Shown piece by piece: positions 1-11,884 of a stretch of 64,000 bases of DNA. Location of the stretch: the NCBI GenBank assembly GCA_047967505.1, contig CM106538.1; one strand, written 5' to 3'. Positions within the stretch are counted from its first letter, which is position 1. The number at the start of each line of letters is the position of its first letter. The position numbers and the translations under genes were made by a program. Source of the stretch: Dipteris shenzhenensis (Eukaryota). The notes beneath the pieces are model-generated. The model saw only the letters and a program-made list of their open reading frames with translations. It was not told the DNA's origin and made no database searches.

Positions 1-480
1 ATATTCACAAATTTAAATCAAATCAATTCCAAAAGCAAAACGAAGTTTAAGAAACCGTTTAGTAACCATTTTCCTACACTTTTGAACTATACATTCTAAC
101 CCAAGTTCACCCTCCTTCTTACTAGCCACCATATAATTCCAATCTATGGCATGCCATTTCTCCCTCCATACAAAATTTCTAATATACCTGTCCATTTTAT
201 TTAGTGCATTATTAGAGAAACGAAAGGTAGAAATTACATACAGTGGGATAGACATCAATACTTGTTTAGCAACAACTACCTTGCCTGCAAGAGACAGTTT
301 GGAATTCTCCCATGTGGCAAACTTACTCTGCATCTTAGATTTTTTAAACGAAGAAAACATCCAACAGGGCATCCTAAATATTTGATAATTACATTAGCTC
401 TGATCCATCTGAAAGAAAACCTTGTATACCATTTAGGTAAGGCATCCCACCCCAACCAAGCTGCTATGGTTTGTCTTGAT
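1..480 (-). mobile_element. LINE (L1-like) ORF2 remnant, C-terminal part of RT
   Basis: Minus-strand peptides IKYLGCPVG and WENSKLSLAGKVVVAKQVLMSIPLY...IRNFVW...SKKEGELGL match the plant L1 post-RT region and parallel the intact ORF2 at 58645-63036; frameshifted. Confidence 0.85.
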
Positions 481-1104
481 TGATTTTGGGGGGAAAAAAT
501 GGACACCGAGGCAAGGAGGCAAATTTTGGACAGTGAGGCAAATTGGAGTGCGGACCTCTATGGACTCCTTGAAGAGGGGTGTCAAATCAGGAGAACCTTT
601 GAGGATGAGTGGAGTGGGTGTCAAATTGATGAGTGGCAAGGGAGGAGGGACTTGGGAGGTTGGAGAGTGACCAATTGTCAAGAAAAGTTTTTTTACATGA
701 CTAGCCTAGAGTAATTTTAAGCTATTCGAGTTGATATTGAGCCACTTGTCATGATTTTAGTGGGTATTTAAGAAGCCAATAAAATATGATTTTGCATCTA
801 TGAAAAGAACAAACTCAAAAATTCTATGAAAAACACAAACGTAGAAAGTTCTCGAAAAGCAAAGCTCTATAAAATACCACTTCGCTAAAAGTAATAGTGT
901 AGTGACAAAGCTATGGATCCAAGTGAGAGTGACAAGGATGACTATTACGGATTCGAAGCTAATAAAGACCAGTAGCACCTGTTGATTCAAATTGTAGCTA
1001 TTCTTTTGCCTGCTTATTTCCTAGGAGACTTTGACGTAGCTATTGCTTGCTTTGGTTTATTAGTCCATTCCGAAAGTAGAAAAATCAGTCTCGTGATGGT
1101 ATCA

Positions 1105-1690
1105 TTTTTGTCCCTCCTTCACCTTGGCCTCACCCAAAATCAATTTTCCCTGGTCCTTTGAGCTTGACCTTTCCACAATGATCTCAATGGAATCATCCCC
1201 ACTTCATTGGTAGCTTTGCACTCTCATACGTGACCAGACCTCTCAAGTAACAATCTGAGCAGTGAAGCATCTGCTCTCATGAACTCTGCCTTTCTATGCT
1301 ACTTCAACTTTCCTATAATGATAGGACTAGCTGTATGCCTCCTAACCTTTCAAAGAAGTTTGGGCCGAAATCATTTGAAGGGTTGTGCAAGCCTTTTGCA
1401 TGCTGCTATAGTTCATAATCAGTCAAGGCATTCCAAATCAAAGATGTACGCATCCATTATAGTTGGTGTGATTGTCAGAACTGCTATGATGCTATTGGGT
1501 TTGCTCGTAGCAACTTTATCGTGTAGGAGGAAAGCTACATTTGTTGCAAAGAAGGTTCCCATGGAGGAGAAATATGTCTCTGCTTCATTATCTTTTGAGA
1601 CAGCTTATGGTATGTGGTTGGCTAACATCAAATATTTGGCCTTCGTTCCAGTGGTGATATTTGAAAAGCCTTTATGGAACCTGGGAGATG
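1105..1690 (+). pseudogene. LRR receptor-like kinase fragment (last LRRs, transmembrane helix, juxtamembrane); no kinase domain
   Basis: Broken LRRs (ELDLS..NDLNGIIPTSL, DLSSNNLS), hydrophobic helix IIVGVIVRTAMMLLGLLVATLSC followed by RRK, then EEKYVSASLSFET...VPVVIFEKPL, a juxtamembrane motif I recall from At2g24230/At5g58150-like RLKs; stop and frameshifts present. Confidence 0.75.
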
Positions 1691-2082
1691 CAATTGAAGC
1701 ATTGGAGAAGGTGGAGTCACCATGGCATTGATGAGGTTGGAACTGAGGGAGGGGATGAGGAGTTGAAGTGGTATAGGTGGGAGGAGGAAGAGAGGTTGAG
1801 GGAGAGGAGGAGGGACTCATAGGGTTTGGTTGAAGGAGCCATGGAGTTGAAGGGGAGAGGACTGGTTGGTGCATTGGGCATGAGCTATGAGAGGAAAGAA
1901 GAAGAGTGGAGGAGGAGGAGGAGGAGGAGGAGGAGGAGGGAGGAGCAGAAGGACGTCATGGTGGAGGACGAAGAGCAGCCCATGATTTCAGTATGCGAGT
2001 TGCAATAGAGGCTATAACCACATACCTTGCATCCATTTTCTAGTTTGCTTTTATAGGCCATCAGTACCCCCATAGCCAAGTC

Positions 2083-5000
2083 TCACGGTAAAATTCCACC
2101 CACAAATACATATGCAAGTGAGTGCTTGTGATACAATCTAATACTAACTAAGGAAGACAGGTTTTCCAAATCTCCATTTTTGTTGGGGATGGCTTGCGTG
2201 TTGAAGTAGTAGTGCTTCAATCGGCTCCCATTTATGGTTGTGTTGAATTGGACTCCATCCAATGTTTCTAGCAGCACAGCTCTGATGGGATTCATTTTTC
2301 TTACTCGATAGTGTCCTTAACCTAGATACTTGAGTTTTCCCTTGTGTACTTTGGCATTGTATAACAAGATTAGGTCACCTTCCTTGATGTCTTTGGCTTT
2401 AAGATTTCTATCAAACCATGCCTTTCTTTTGCATTTTTTTGTTTGTCATGGCATGGTAGGTGACTAATCTGGTCTCTGTATGCTTCTCCAATTGATAAAG
2501 TCTTTCTTTCAGGGATGCATGTCCTCTCATGCGTTCTTGTACTACTATGCGTAGGCTTGTTATTACAAATTTTAGTGGGGCCACAACTTCAAGGCTGTAC
2601 ACCAATTGAAAAGGTGTATTCCCTGTACTGACCTTGATTGTGGTTTGGTATGCCCATAAGGCTACATTTAGTTTCTCTACCCAATCAGAACATTGTGGTA
2701 CTACTACCTTAGTGAGGATAATGCATAATATTTTGTTGGTGGATTCGGTCTGTCCATTCCCTTGGGGGTAGTAGGGTGTGCTTTTCTATGGATTACCATA
2801 AAGCCAGACAAGAGTTCTTGGATTACCTCATTGACAAAATGCGTGCCTCTATCCGACACAATTTCAATGGGGCATCCGAACTCAAGATTGTCATGATCTC
2901 ATGAGGAATTACACATCTTCTTAAAACCTAGTCCTTTCCCATCTTGTATAGTTGTCCGACAATGATTTGATAGGGTGCAACTTTTAAAATTAGTTTTCTG
3001 GCATCCACTACTTTCATTTTAGGGGGTGGTATTCTTGCCATTAACTACCCAATGATATCTGCATACCAATCTAGAATAGCATCTATCTGAAATAGTGTGG
3101 CATCTGGCAAGTCATCTTCTACTCCAGTGGCTTCTTCTCTCAACTTGACATGAGACATGTGATTGTTATGTGATCGGCAATGTAGTGTTGGGCACCTTTG
3201 CGGACCACTATTTTGAAGTTGAATTCTTGAAGCAAGAGGAGCCATATGGTTATTCTTCCTATTGTACATGGATGGTTCACAAGATAAAGCAATGCTTGAT
3301 GGTCAGTGTAGAGGACAAAATCATTTGCCAATAGATAGTGCCAAAATTTCTTAACATTATACACAATTGCTAGGGATTCTCTTTCTATGGTGGTATAGTT
3401 GATCTCTGCATCATTGAGTTGTTGACTGGCAATTTAGAATGGGTAGTCTTTCTTATGTTCACTAGGTTGACAAAGCACACTCCCAATTGCATACTTGGAT
3501 CCATCAGTATGAACATGAAAATCAATATCCCAATTGGGACATATAAGGATGGCTGTTGTGATTAGGTGCCACTTCAAAAGCTCAAAGGCTTGGTCGCACT
3601 CTTCTGTCCATAAGAATTCCACTAATAATTTGTAAAGTGGTCTGGCTATCATGGCATACCACAAGATAAATCTTCTATAATAGCCAACATGTCCCATAAA
3701 GACTTGTACACATTTGGAATTTATAGGAGGAGGCAATTCCATGATGATTTTGATTTTGTCCATGTCATGTGCAATCCCATGTTGAGAAATGATGTGTCCC
3801 AAAACAACTCCGTGGGTGACCATGAATAAGCATTCTGTTGGATTTAGGGAGATGCCATACTCCCTACATTTGATTAGTACTGCTTCAAGACATTTAAAGT
3901 GGTCTTTTTTGTTCGAGTCATCCAAGAACACCTGTAGAAACTTATTCAGAAAGGACTTGAAAGCTGTGAACATGACCCGCTGGAATGTGGCCAGGGGATT
4001 ACAAAGGCTAAATGGCATGACTCTATAGCCAAATATACCCCATTTTGTAGCAAATGCTATTTTTTATTGGTGAGCAGGAGCAATTCGTACTTGGTTATAG
4101 CCACTGAAGCCATCCAAGAAGCTATATATCTCAAATTCTACCACCTTTTCCAACACTCTTTCTGTTAAGGGTAGGGGATAATGATCCCTAATTGTGGCGG
4201 CATTCACATTCTTTAAGTTAACGCATATTCTTAGATTCTTGTTGCGTTTAGGCACGATGATGATGGGTGAACCCTAATCAGTGTGCTCGATCTCATAGAT
4301 GAATCCAGCATCTAAGAGTTTTTCCAGTTCGTCATAAATCATGGTGTCATATTTTGGATTTATTCGATAAGGTCCACATACCTTAGGGTGGGCACCTTCC
4401 CTTATAGGTATCATGTGTACTGCCACTTCTGGTGACATTCCTTTCATTTCCTTGTATGACCATGCTAGGCAATCTCAGTATTCCATTAGTAGTGCTTTGA
4501 GCTTGGTTTCATCTTCCTGTGTAAGCTGTTTCCCAATGAAAACCAAATTTTCTTCCTCCCCTTCAAGGGCGAGGTTTATTGTTCGAGTTTTTGTTGGTCC
4601 CTCATAGATTGGAGTCTCTCCAATGCTATCGGTTTCTTGAACTTCAGATTCTCTTAGTGGTCTTGGCATTGCTATGGGAACACTACCACTTGTGTAGTTA
4701 TTGAAGTACTTCGGCACTTCTCGAATATCAGCCTCTGATGGTGTTGAACTAGCCTGACATGTGCTATGGGTACTGGATGGCATAGTATCATTAACTAATT
4801 TTTGAGGCTCTTAGGGACTTTCTTTTTCTGTAGTCTTTTGATCGAGCTTCGTCTGCACATGTGGCTTATACTTTCAAAACTTCTTATGTTAGGAACTGTG
4901 GGGTAATTTTTCCACTGGCAAAGTATTCACAAGTAAGGGTTCAAATCCATCAGTTGACCATTCAAGAGGAGGTGGCTCAGATTTTGAGGGAGCTAGCTTG

Positions 5001-7420
5001 GAAAGATACAATTTGATGATCCTAATTTGGACTCGTTCGAGCTCATTGTTCGGCCTTGGCTACAGGTGATATCCTCTAGCTTTCTTACGGGATCTTTTGC
5101 TTTTATTCAACTTCGAGAAGCTCGACCACCATTAGGGCATGCAGAATGACTAAGTCATTGTCAAAGACTTGATCTTCAAATTGAGCATTCTCAGCCTCAA
5201 TTTCAAGGTCCCAAGGAATATATGAGGCCTTATTAGTATGGGTACCTTCTTCAAGTTCATTATTCTACTCAAGATCAACCATAAAGAATGGAACCTCTAG
5301 ATCAATTGGTTCTTCATGTGTGAGTGGAGGATCTACCTGCATGACCTTAGCATCAATTTGCAAGAAGATGGGGTCTAGTGAATGGCAGTTGTCAATGGTT
5401 GCCAATGCTTGTATCCAATTATTGACATTGCTTTGTATATTGCCCGCTATGGCATGTTGTTGCAAGGGAGCTAATTTGCTGGACATCATCGTTGAAGAGG
5501 TTTCATCCAATGCTCTGTGCACAATTGGTTTTATTGCTCCTGTCTCCACATTGACATTGACTGCGGTGTCGTGATTTTGGATTGTTAGTCTATCAGTTCC
5601 CCAATCATGGAGGACTGATGCTTCATGCAACCAAGGATGCCCGAGCAAGATTTGATAGGATTTCTTGGGGAGATCCAAGATTGTGAATTGAAGGAAAAAG
5701 TGGACCCTTGTGACTTTTGTTGACACGTGATTCACTATTCCCAAGGGTTTTTCCCATGAATCATTGGCAAGGCGTATGTTGAAATTAGCCTTTTACATTG
5801 GTGGGAGACCCATTTCATCGTAGAGCTCCTTGGATAGGACATTTACACCTGCTCCACCATCCACTATGTCTTGGACTTCATCATATGCCTTGTGGATCAA
5901 AGGCATAGTGATGTTGCATGTGTCATCTCTCTCTCCCATCTGCATAGGGATATCTTCTATGTCTTTGATAGGTGGAGGGGGATTTGCGAGTTCAATAAAA
6001 CTCTCCCAGAGATTGGGACAATTACGTAATAGGATTCCAATGGAAATTGACACATGGCAACTTAGAATGCTAGAGAGTGCGGCTCCTTCAAGTTGTGGCG
6101 ATACATTATGTTGCGGGTTTTGTTGTCAAAACAGAGGCTCAAGTACAATATCAACACTTGGTGGGGCCAAGTCAGGGATTTTGGATCTTGTGCTTGCTTC
6201 TCAGCCTCAAATTGAGCTTGTTCCTTTTGTACCCATTGTTGAAGGGCCTGAAATCAACCCTTCTCCACTTTTGCATTTGGGTATGAAGCTTCTTTTATTT
6301 AAGGCTCGGGAGTTAATATGGATGAGATTGGCAGAGGTAGAGGCACTTGTGCTTTCTTTTGAAGAAGTCATCTTGATTGAATTGGAATATTAGGGTATTT
6401 GGTGGCCTCTTTTCGCTAGCGCGTAATTACATTCTTAGCTTCATACTCAAATGGCAAATCCACTTCCTCGGCTTGAAGTTGTTACATTGGAACTGCAGGA
6501 GGAGCTGGATTTGGCACTCTTGGATATGGTCATCGATTTGGATTCTTGAGTAACTGTGGAACTTGTGATGGGAATAGGATTCAACCTCAAAGCTGGGGGC
6601 ACTTGTGCAAGTGTCGGTTGCCTCTGTACACACTGGTATTGGTGTCGATTGGTATTGTTGAGGTCGGGGCGGGTTGTTGCGCATGTTGAAGATGCAACTA
6701 TTTTCATCATGGCCACTGACTACGCAGATATGGCACCACAACCTTGGCGGTGGATTTGCTTATGTAGTGATCTTGGCTCTTAGGACCGAGCATTGATTTG
6801 CTGTATGATTGGCCATGCAGTGTGGGCACCATACATTTTCTTGCCATGGATAAGTTTGAGGTGGCAGCTAAGACATGTGAAGCTTCTGTTCCATGGCTTG
6901 CATCATTTCTTCTTTTACCTTCATGGTCATGGCCTCTAGAAGATCTTCATTAGACGTTTCGACTGTGGACTTGGATTTCCCCTTTTTAGAGCACTTATCT
7001 CATGCACTGGCTCTTCCATCATCATTGCAGGTGTCACAGTCAGTCATGCCATCCTCAATGTTAATGGTGGTTGCTCCATGAGCAGCACTGAATGTTTCGT
7101 AAACTGCTAATGTTTTTCATGTCTTTGCAGATTTTCTTCCTTAGGCCTACAATGAACCAGGCCATGAGGTACTTAGCATCAGGGCGTGGGTTACATTTGG
7201 TAATTAAGTGTTTCGTCTTGCCCAGCTACGTGCGTACATCTTCTCGGCAACCTTGTTCGAGCTTGCTTAGTTGGAGAGCGGGATCATCTTGTACTCTCTT
7301 CGTTTGAAAGCACCTCTTGAATTCAATTTGCAGCAAGTCCCATGTGGCTCTTTCTTCCACTAGGAGGTCTAAGTACCATTCTGAGGCTTCATCGATTAAG
7401 GCCATGGGGAACCAGGCAAC
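2083..7420 (-). pseudogene. gag-pol of the Athila-like element, multiply disrupted
   Basis: ORF pieces 2083-2295, 2411-2605, 3140-3364, 3434-4018, 4064-4255, 5265-5744, 5793-6053, 6427-6741 are colinear domains broken by stops and frameshifts; integrase zinc-finger/N-terminal core deleted near 2880. Confidence 0.88.
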
Positions 7421-8454
7421 CTTGGTTTCACTGTATGCGGCATCAAAATGCTAGAGGAATCAGGTTGGATCGCCCCTACCATTGTCTTTGGAAAGTACGA
7501 GTTTGCCCAGGGGGCACTTGCCTTGATTGTTATTATTGTTGCCAAAATTGTTGCAAGGGTTAAAGAAATTGTTCCCCTTTGCTTTGAGTTCAAGATCCCC
7601 ATCATCGCGATGGCACCCGACCATGTCGTGTTGTGGAGGAGTCAGAGGGATTTCTTGAATTTCAAGGGGAGAATTGGGGTAGAGGGTTGTCAGAGGTGTT
7701 GGCCGGAGCATAGTTGCATGCAGATTTGGTGAGTGTAGTTGTCGATGGCGGCCGGAGCATAGTTGCATGCAGATTTGGCGAGTGGTGGATGGGTGTCTCT
7801 GTCGCAAGTGCGGGTGTTGATGTAGTTGTGTTAGGGGGTTAGAGATGCATTAGTGTTGTAGGGACATTGTGTTAATCATGTGCCTAGGATTGTCCCACAT
7901 TTGTAGGGAAATGTGTTGGTGCAGATGGATCGCCAATCGGAGGTCACGGCAGAAAGTTATGAGCAAATTAGTGCAAAAAGAGGCCCACAAAGGGGCACAA
8001 ATTAACGAGTGCTAGGGATGCCTAAATGATGTGTAATGGGCTGGAACAATGCCTTGTAGCATAGTGTTTTTGTGTGTGAAACCATGGTTCAAACGGGGTT
8101 CAATTTGGCCACCAAACCGACGAGTTACGAAGGGTTAAATTGGCCTGAAATGTGGCCTTTTTGTGTGTTGGGGGGGTCTCTTAATCAAAGGTTTGGTGTG
8201 AATGGGCTTTAAGTCTAACTGAGGGAGGAGGGGAGGGAGGAGATGGAGGCGGTGAGCAGAGGCAGGCAGCAAGCAGGAGGGAACGCCACCACAGGCGGGC
8301 GAGGTGGGGCGGGGTGGACAGGCGGGCGTTGCCCCTCTGTTTTCGAGTAGTTTCGTCTCGGCTGTCGGTGGCGTGTCATCAGTTGGCAGGCGGGCGGGCG
8401 ACTTTGTGTCACCATCGAGCCGGTGGCCTTAGGCCCTTAGAAGGTAGGAGGGAG

Positions 8455-9000
8455 TTAGGGGCGGGGTGGAGAGGGGGGGCGGGGGGGATCGAGGGGGGGG
8501 CGAAGGCGAGGGGGGGGGCATGGAGGGTGGGGGGAGGGAGAGGGGGGGGGGGGGGAGGGAGGGAAGGGAGGGAAGGTGGGGAGAAAGGGGGGATGGAGGG
8601 ATGGGGGGTGGTGGAGGGGGGGGATGGAGGGTGGGGGTGGGGGTGGAGATGGAGAGTGGGGTGGTGGTGGAGAGGGGGGGGGGGTAGAGATGGAGAGGGT
8701 GGTGGTGGTGGAGAGGGAGAGGGTGGTGGTGGTGGAGAGGGAGGGGGGTGGGGGTGGGGGTGGGGGTGGGGGTGGGGGTGGGGGTGGGGGTGGAGATGGA
8801 GAGGGTGGTGGTGGTGGTGGTGGAGACGGAGGGGGGGGAGTAGAGAGAGAGAAGGGGTGGTGGAGAGAGGGGGGGTGGGAGGGGGGGGGGGGGGGCGGGG
8901 TGAAGGTGGAGAGGGGGGGTGTGTGGAGATGGAGAGGGGGGTGGTGGTAGAATGGGTGGGGGGGGGGGGGTGGTGGAGAGAGGGGGGGTTTTGTGAGGCG
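8455..9000. repeat. Extremely G-rich low-complexity tract including (GGGGGT)n
   Basis: Dense G runs on plus; GGGGGT tandem at ~8744-8791. Confidence 0.95.
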
Positions 9001-9657
9001 GGGCACTGGTGGTGGAAACTTGATGGACGAAAAACTTTGATGGAAATTCAAAGGGAGGAGGAGATGGTCACCTTAATGCTCTCCAAGTCTTTCTCGATGT
9101 AACAGGATTGTTGAGGCAAATGGATGGTGGGTGGATGGCTAGGTTATTGCTACGAGAAGGGCTCAAAATAACTCACTATGTGAGGATGGGAGTAGGGTGG
9201 TGGTCGATGGAGAGGGAGGAGGGTCTTGCATAGGGCTCGGAATGGGGAAGAGGATGGAGTCTAGATGTGAAAGAAGAAGAATAAGGGGGTGGAGTGGGCT
9301 TTTATAGGAATGGGTGTAGGGTTAAGGTCAACAAACCCTAAACTCTTCCTGGGCCATAACTTTTCATGGTTAGCTCGGATCGCTCTTCTGTAAAAAGATG
9401 AAAAGTTTGAAATTGGGAGCTCTACACATTTGTGTCCATTACCTAGCCTGATTTGTTCTTCAAGTGGCTTCTTTTTAAGAAATAAAGAAAATTTCTTAAG
9501 GTAGCAACCCAAGGTTGCTGCTTGGGGATGATATGTTTGGCTAGAGTTGGAAAAAAAATTCTCTCCTCACCCTTGAGTGTTATGTTCGTGAAAGTTCATA
9601 GTAGTTCATTTTTTACACATACTTGTGTATGTTTACTCATTACTTGAGACACTAGAC

Positions 9658-9675
9658 TCCCCGACAGTGGCACCA
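9658..9675 (-). promoter_or_regulatory. Primer binding site, tRNA-Asp-like
   Basis: Minus strand reads LTR...AACA TT TGGTGCCACTGTCGGGGA; 4 transitions from the Athila-type TGGCGCCGTTGCCGGGGA. Confidence 0.75.
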
Positions 9676-9677
9676 AA

Positions 9678-10920
9678 TGTTGGCTCTTTCCCACAGCTTC
9701 TATAGGAAGAGCAGGGTATTCTCAGTATGTAGGGTTTCGAGGCTTTTTGTCACCTACAGATATTTCGGAGTTGTCGTTGTAGTATAAGTGTAGCTTAGGA
9801 CCTTGAGTCGTATTCCGGTAAGAGACGTAGGCTTAAGTGTGGTAAGCAAACATAGAGCATGCATGTGTGAAAGGGACATGCATCATCATGGGGTAGTAAA
9901 GGCTTTCACCTTCATTGGGGGTTGAAGGGTTTAGGGGGAGTTTGAGGGTTAGAGGGAGGTTCAGGGTTTAAAAGGAGGTTCCAAGGTTTAGAGGGAGTTC
10001 TAGAGTTTAGAAGAGTTTCAAGGTTCATGAGTAGGATCCAAGGTCCAAGGTAAAGTGCATGGCAGAGAACTCATCTCCCTCGTAGATCATGGAGGTCAAG
10101 GGTTGAGGGACTAAGGGTTTAGGGGGAGCATGAAGAAGGTGTAAGAGCATGGGGGGGAAGGAGAGAGAGGAGAAGGGAGGAGGAGGAGGGAGGAGGAGAA
10201 GGGAGGAGGTGGGAGGATGAGAAGGGAGGAGGAGGAGCGAGAGGAGGAGGAGGGAGGAGGAGAGGGAGAGGAGGGAGGAGGAGAAGGGAGGAGGAGGAGG
10301 AGGGAGGAGGAGAGGGAGAGGAGGGAGGAGGAGGAGGGAGGAGGAGGAAGAGAGGGAGAGGATGGGTTGCAAGGTTGGAGGAGAGGTGAGGAGGAGTTGC
10401 AAGGTTAGGACATGGTTTTGGATGTGGAGTGCAAGGAAACATGGACACTTGGAGACAATTGCTTGGAATACCAAAGTAGAACTCAACACAATGCCCCAAA
10501 GAGTGTGGGCTTCATTCCATTATGGGGTATTTATACAAGTTGGAGAGCTTCTCTCTCTGCATGTAGGGATTGTAAGACATTCTCTCTCTACATGTAGAAC
10601 TTGCATATAGAAGTTGCATGTAGTATTCACATGTTGCATGTAGGAGTTGTATGTAGAACTTGCATGTAGAACATGTACGTAGGAATCGTAGGTAGGACTT
10701 GCATGTAGAACATGCATGTAGGAGTTGCAAGTAGAACTTGCATGCTGAGGATTCCTAAGAGAGATTATTCCTAGCCTTATGCAAGTATAAGCTCCATGTA
10801 GGACTTGCATGTAGAACATGCATGTAGGAGTTGCAAGTAGAACTTGCATGTTGAGGATTCCTCAGAGAGACTATTCCTAGCCTTATGCAAGTACAAGGGG
10901 AGCTTTGCCGCTACTCTACA
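9678..10920 (-). repeat. 5' LTR of the Athila-like element
   Basis: Minus strand starts TGTAGAG (10920) and ends AACA (9678) beside the PBS; TATAAATA on minus near 10527-10534; U3 holds ~13-bp GTAGAACTTGCAT subrepeats and a duplication with 106-bp period (10692/10798). No second copy to confirm the outer edge. Confidence 0.65.
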
Positions 10921-11780
10921 CTCACATTCTGTGCTACCGAAGTCCATGTTGGCATAGAGACAATAGTGTGCTGCATATCCTCGCTTGCAAGGAACATACT
11001 CTCAGGTTCATTTGCATAATGACTGTGACTTGAATGTCCCACTGTGATGATTTCCTCTTCTGCTAAAATTCCCTCGATTGCTGCTAGATTGACTACCTTG
11101 GTCATAGTGCTTCTTGTGGCAATCTCTTTCATAGTGTCCAAACTTATGGCAATAGTTGCACTAGATGTTTGACATGTTGGTGGATGCATCTATCATCCTT
11201 GGAATCTTCCTCGATTGGAATGATTTCCTCTTTGCTGATGCTGATGTTGCTAAGAATGATGCTGATACTGATTCTGACTTTGTGCTAACTTTGTTATTGA
11301 TGATGACCACTTTCTTGGAATGATCTATCTCTGCCTTTTCTTCTATCTGAAGCTATGAATGCTTGATCATTGGAATGAACTTTGTGTACATGAATGGCCT
11401 GAGTCTTGAGTTCTTCACCAAGTAAAATTGACTAGAGCTCTTCCAATGTCAGAATTTGGCGTTGAATGGCAACACTCTGGACTAGATTCTCGTATCCCTC
11501 TCCTAGTCCATTTAGGATGACTTGAACCATTTCTGCTGGATTCATGGTCTCTCCTACTATTGCGAGTTAATTGTTGTAATCCTTGATCCCGAGTACATAA
11601 GCATGATCGGTTTGGCTACTATTTTGGAAACTCTCATTGATCTGGTTTCTCAATGTGAGAATCCTAGAAGTGTTCTTGGACTTGTAGAGAGTAGCGAACA
11701 TATCCCATGCTTCTTTTGATGTCTTGACTATGTTGAGCTCTCCTAGCATGACATCTTGCACATTCTACTTGATTAGATGA
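10921..11780 (-). mobile_element. Ty1/copia gag remnant
   Basis: KTSKEAWDMFATLYKSKNTSRILTLRNQI and VQVILNGLGEGYENLVQSVAIQRQILTLEEL resemble copia gag (UBN2/Retrotran_gag_2-type). Confidence 0.7.
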
Positions 11781-11884
11781 TATAGTGGTGATGTAGTACT
11801 CAGGGGGTCATGCAGAAATAGTGCCTATGGAGAGGTGTGCCAGTAGAGCACTGGTGAGGGGGCAAGAGGATCCGCAGTGCACAG

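Larger units (their letters stand above)
1690..10920 (-). mobile_element. Degenerate non-chromovirus Ty3/gypsy (Athila-like) LTR retrotransposon, 3' LTR missing
   Basis: Minus-strand order: LTR (9678-10920), PBS, ~2 kb leader, gag with Cys/His knuckles (WCPHC..H..C, WCHIC..GH...C, ~6680-6835), protease (IVDGGAGVNV ~5840-5870), RT (FLDGFSGYNQ, VFLDD), RNase H (HTDGSKYAIG, YTDHQAL), integrase (IVSDRGTHF, TPYYPQGNGQ, INGSRLKHY). Confidence 0.9.

Noticed and set aside
8455-9051. Extensin-like proline-rich host gene
   Set aside because: Low-complexity tract inside a retrotransposon leader; no signal peptide or Tyr/Lys extensin motifs.
10025-10499. Leu/Ser/Pro-rich and Glu/Gly-rich ORFs
   Set aside because: Purine/pyrimidine-skewed LTR sequence that is open in several frames by composition.
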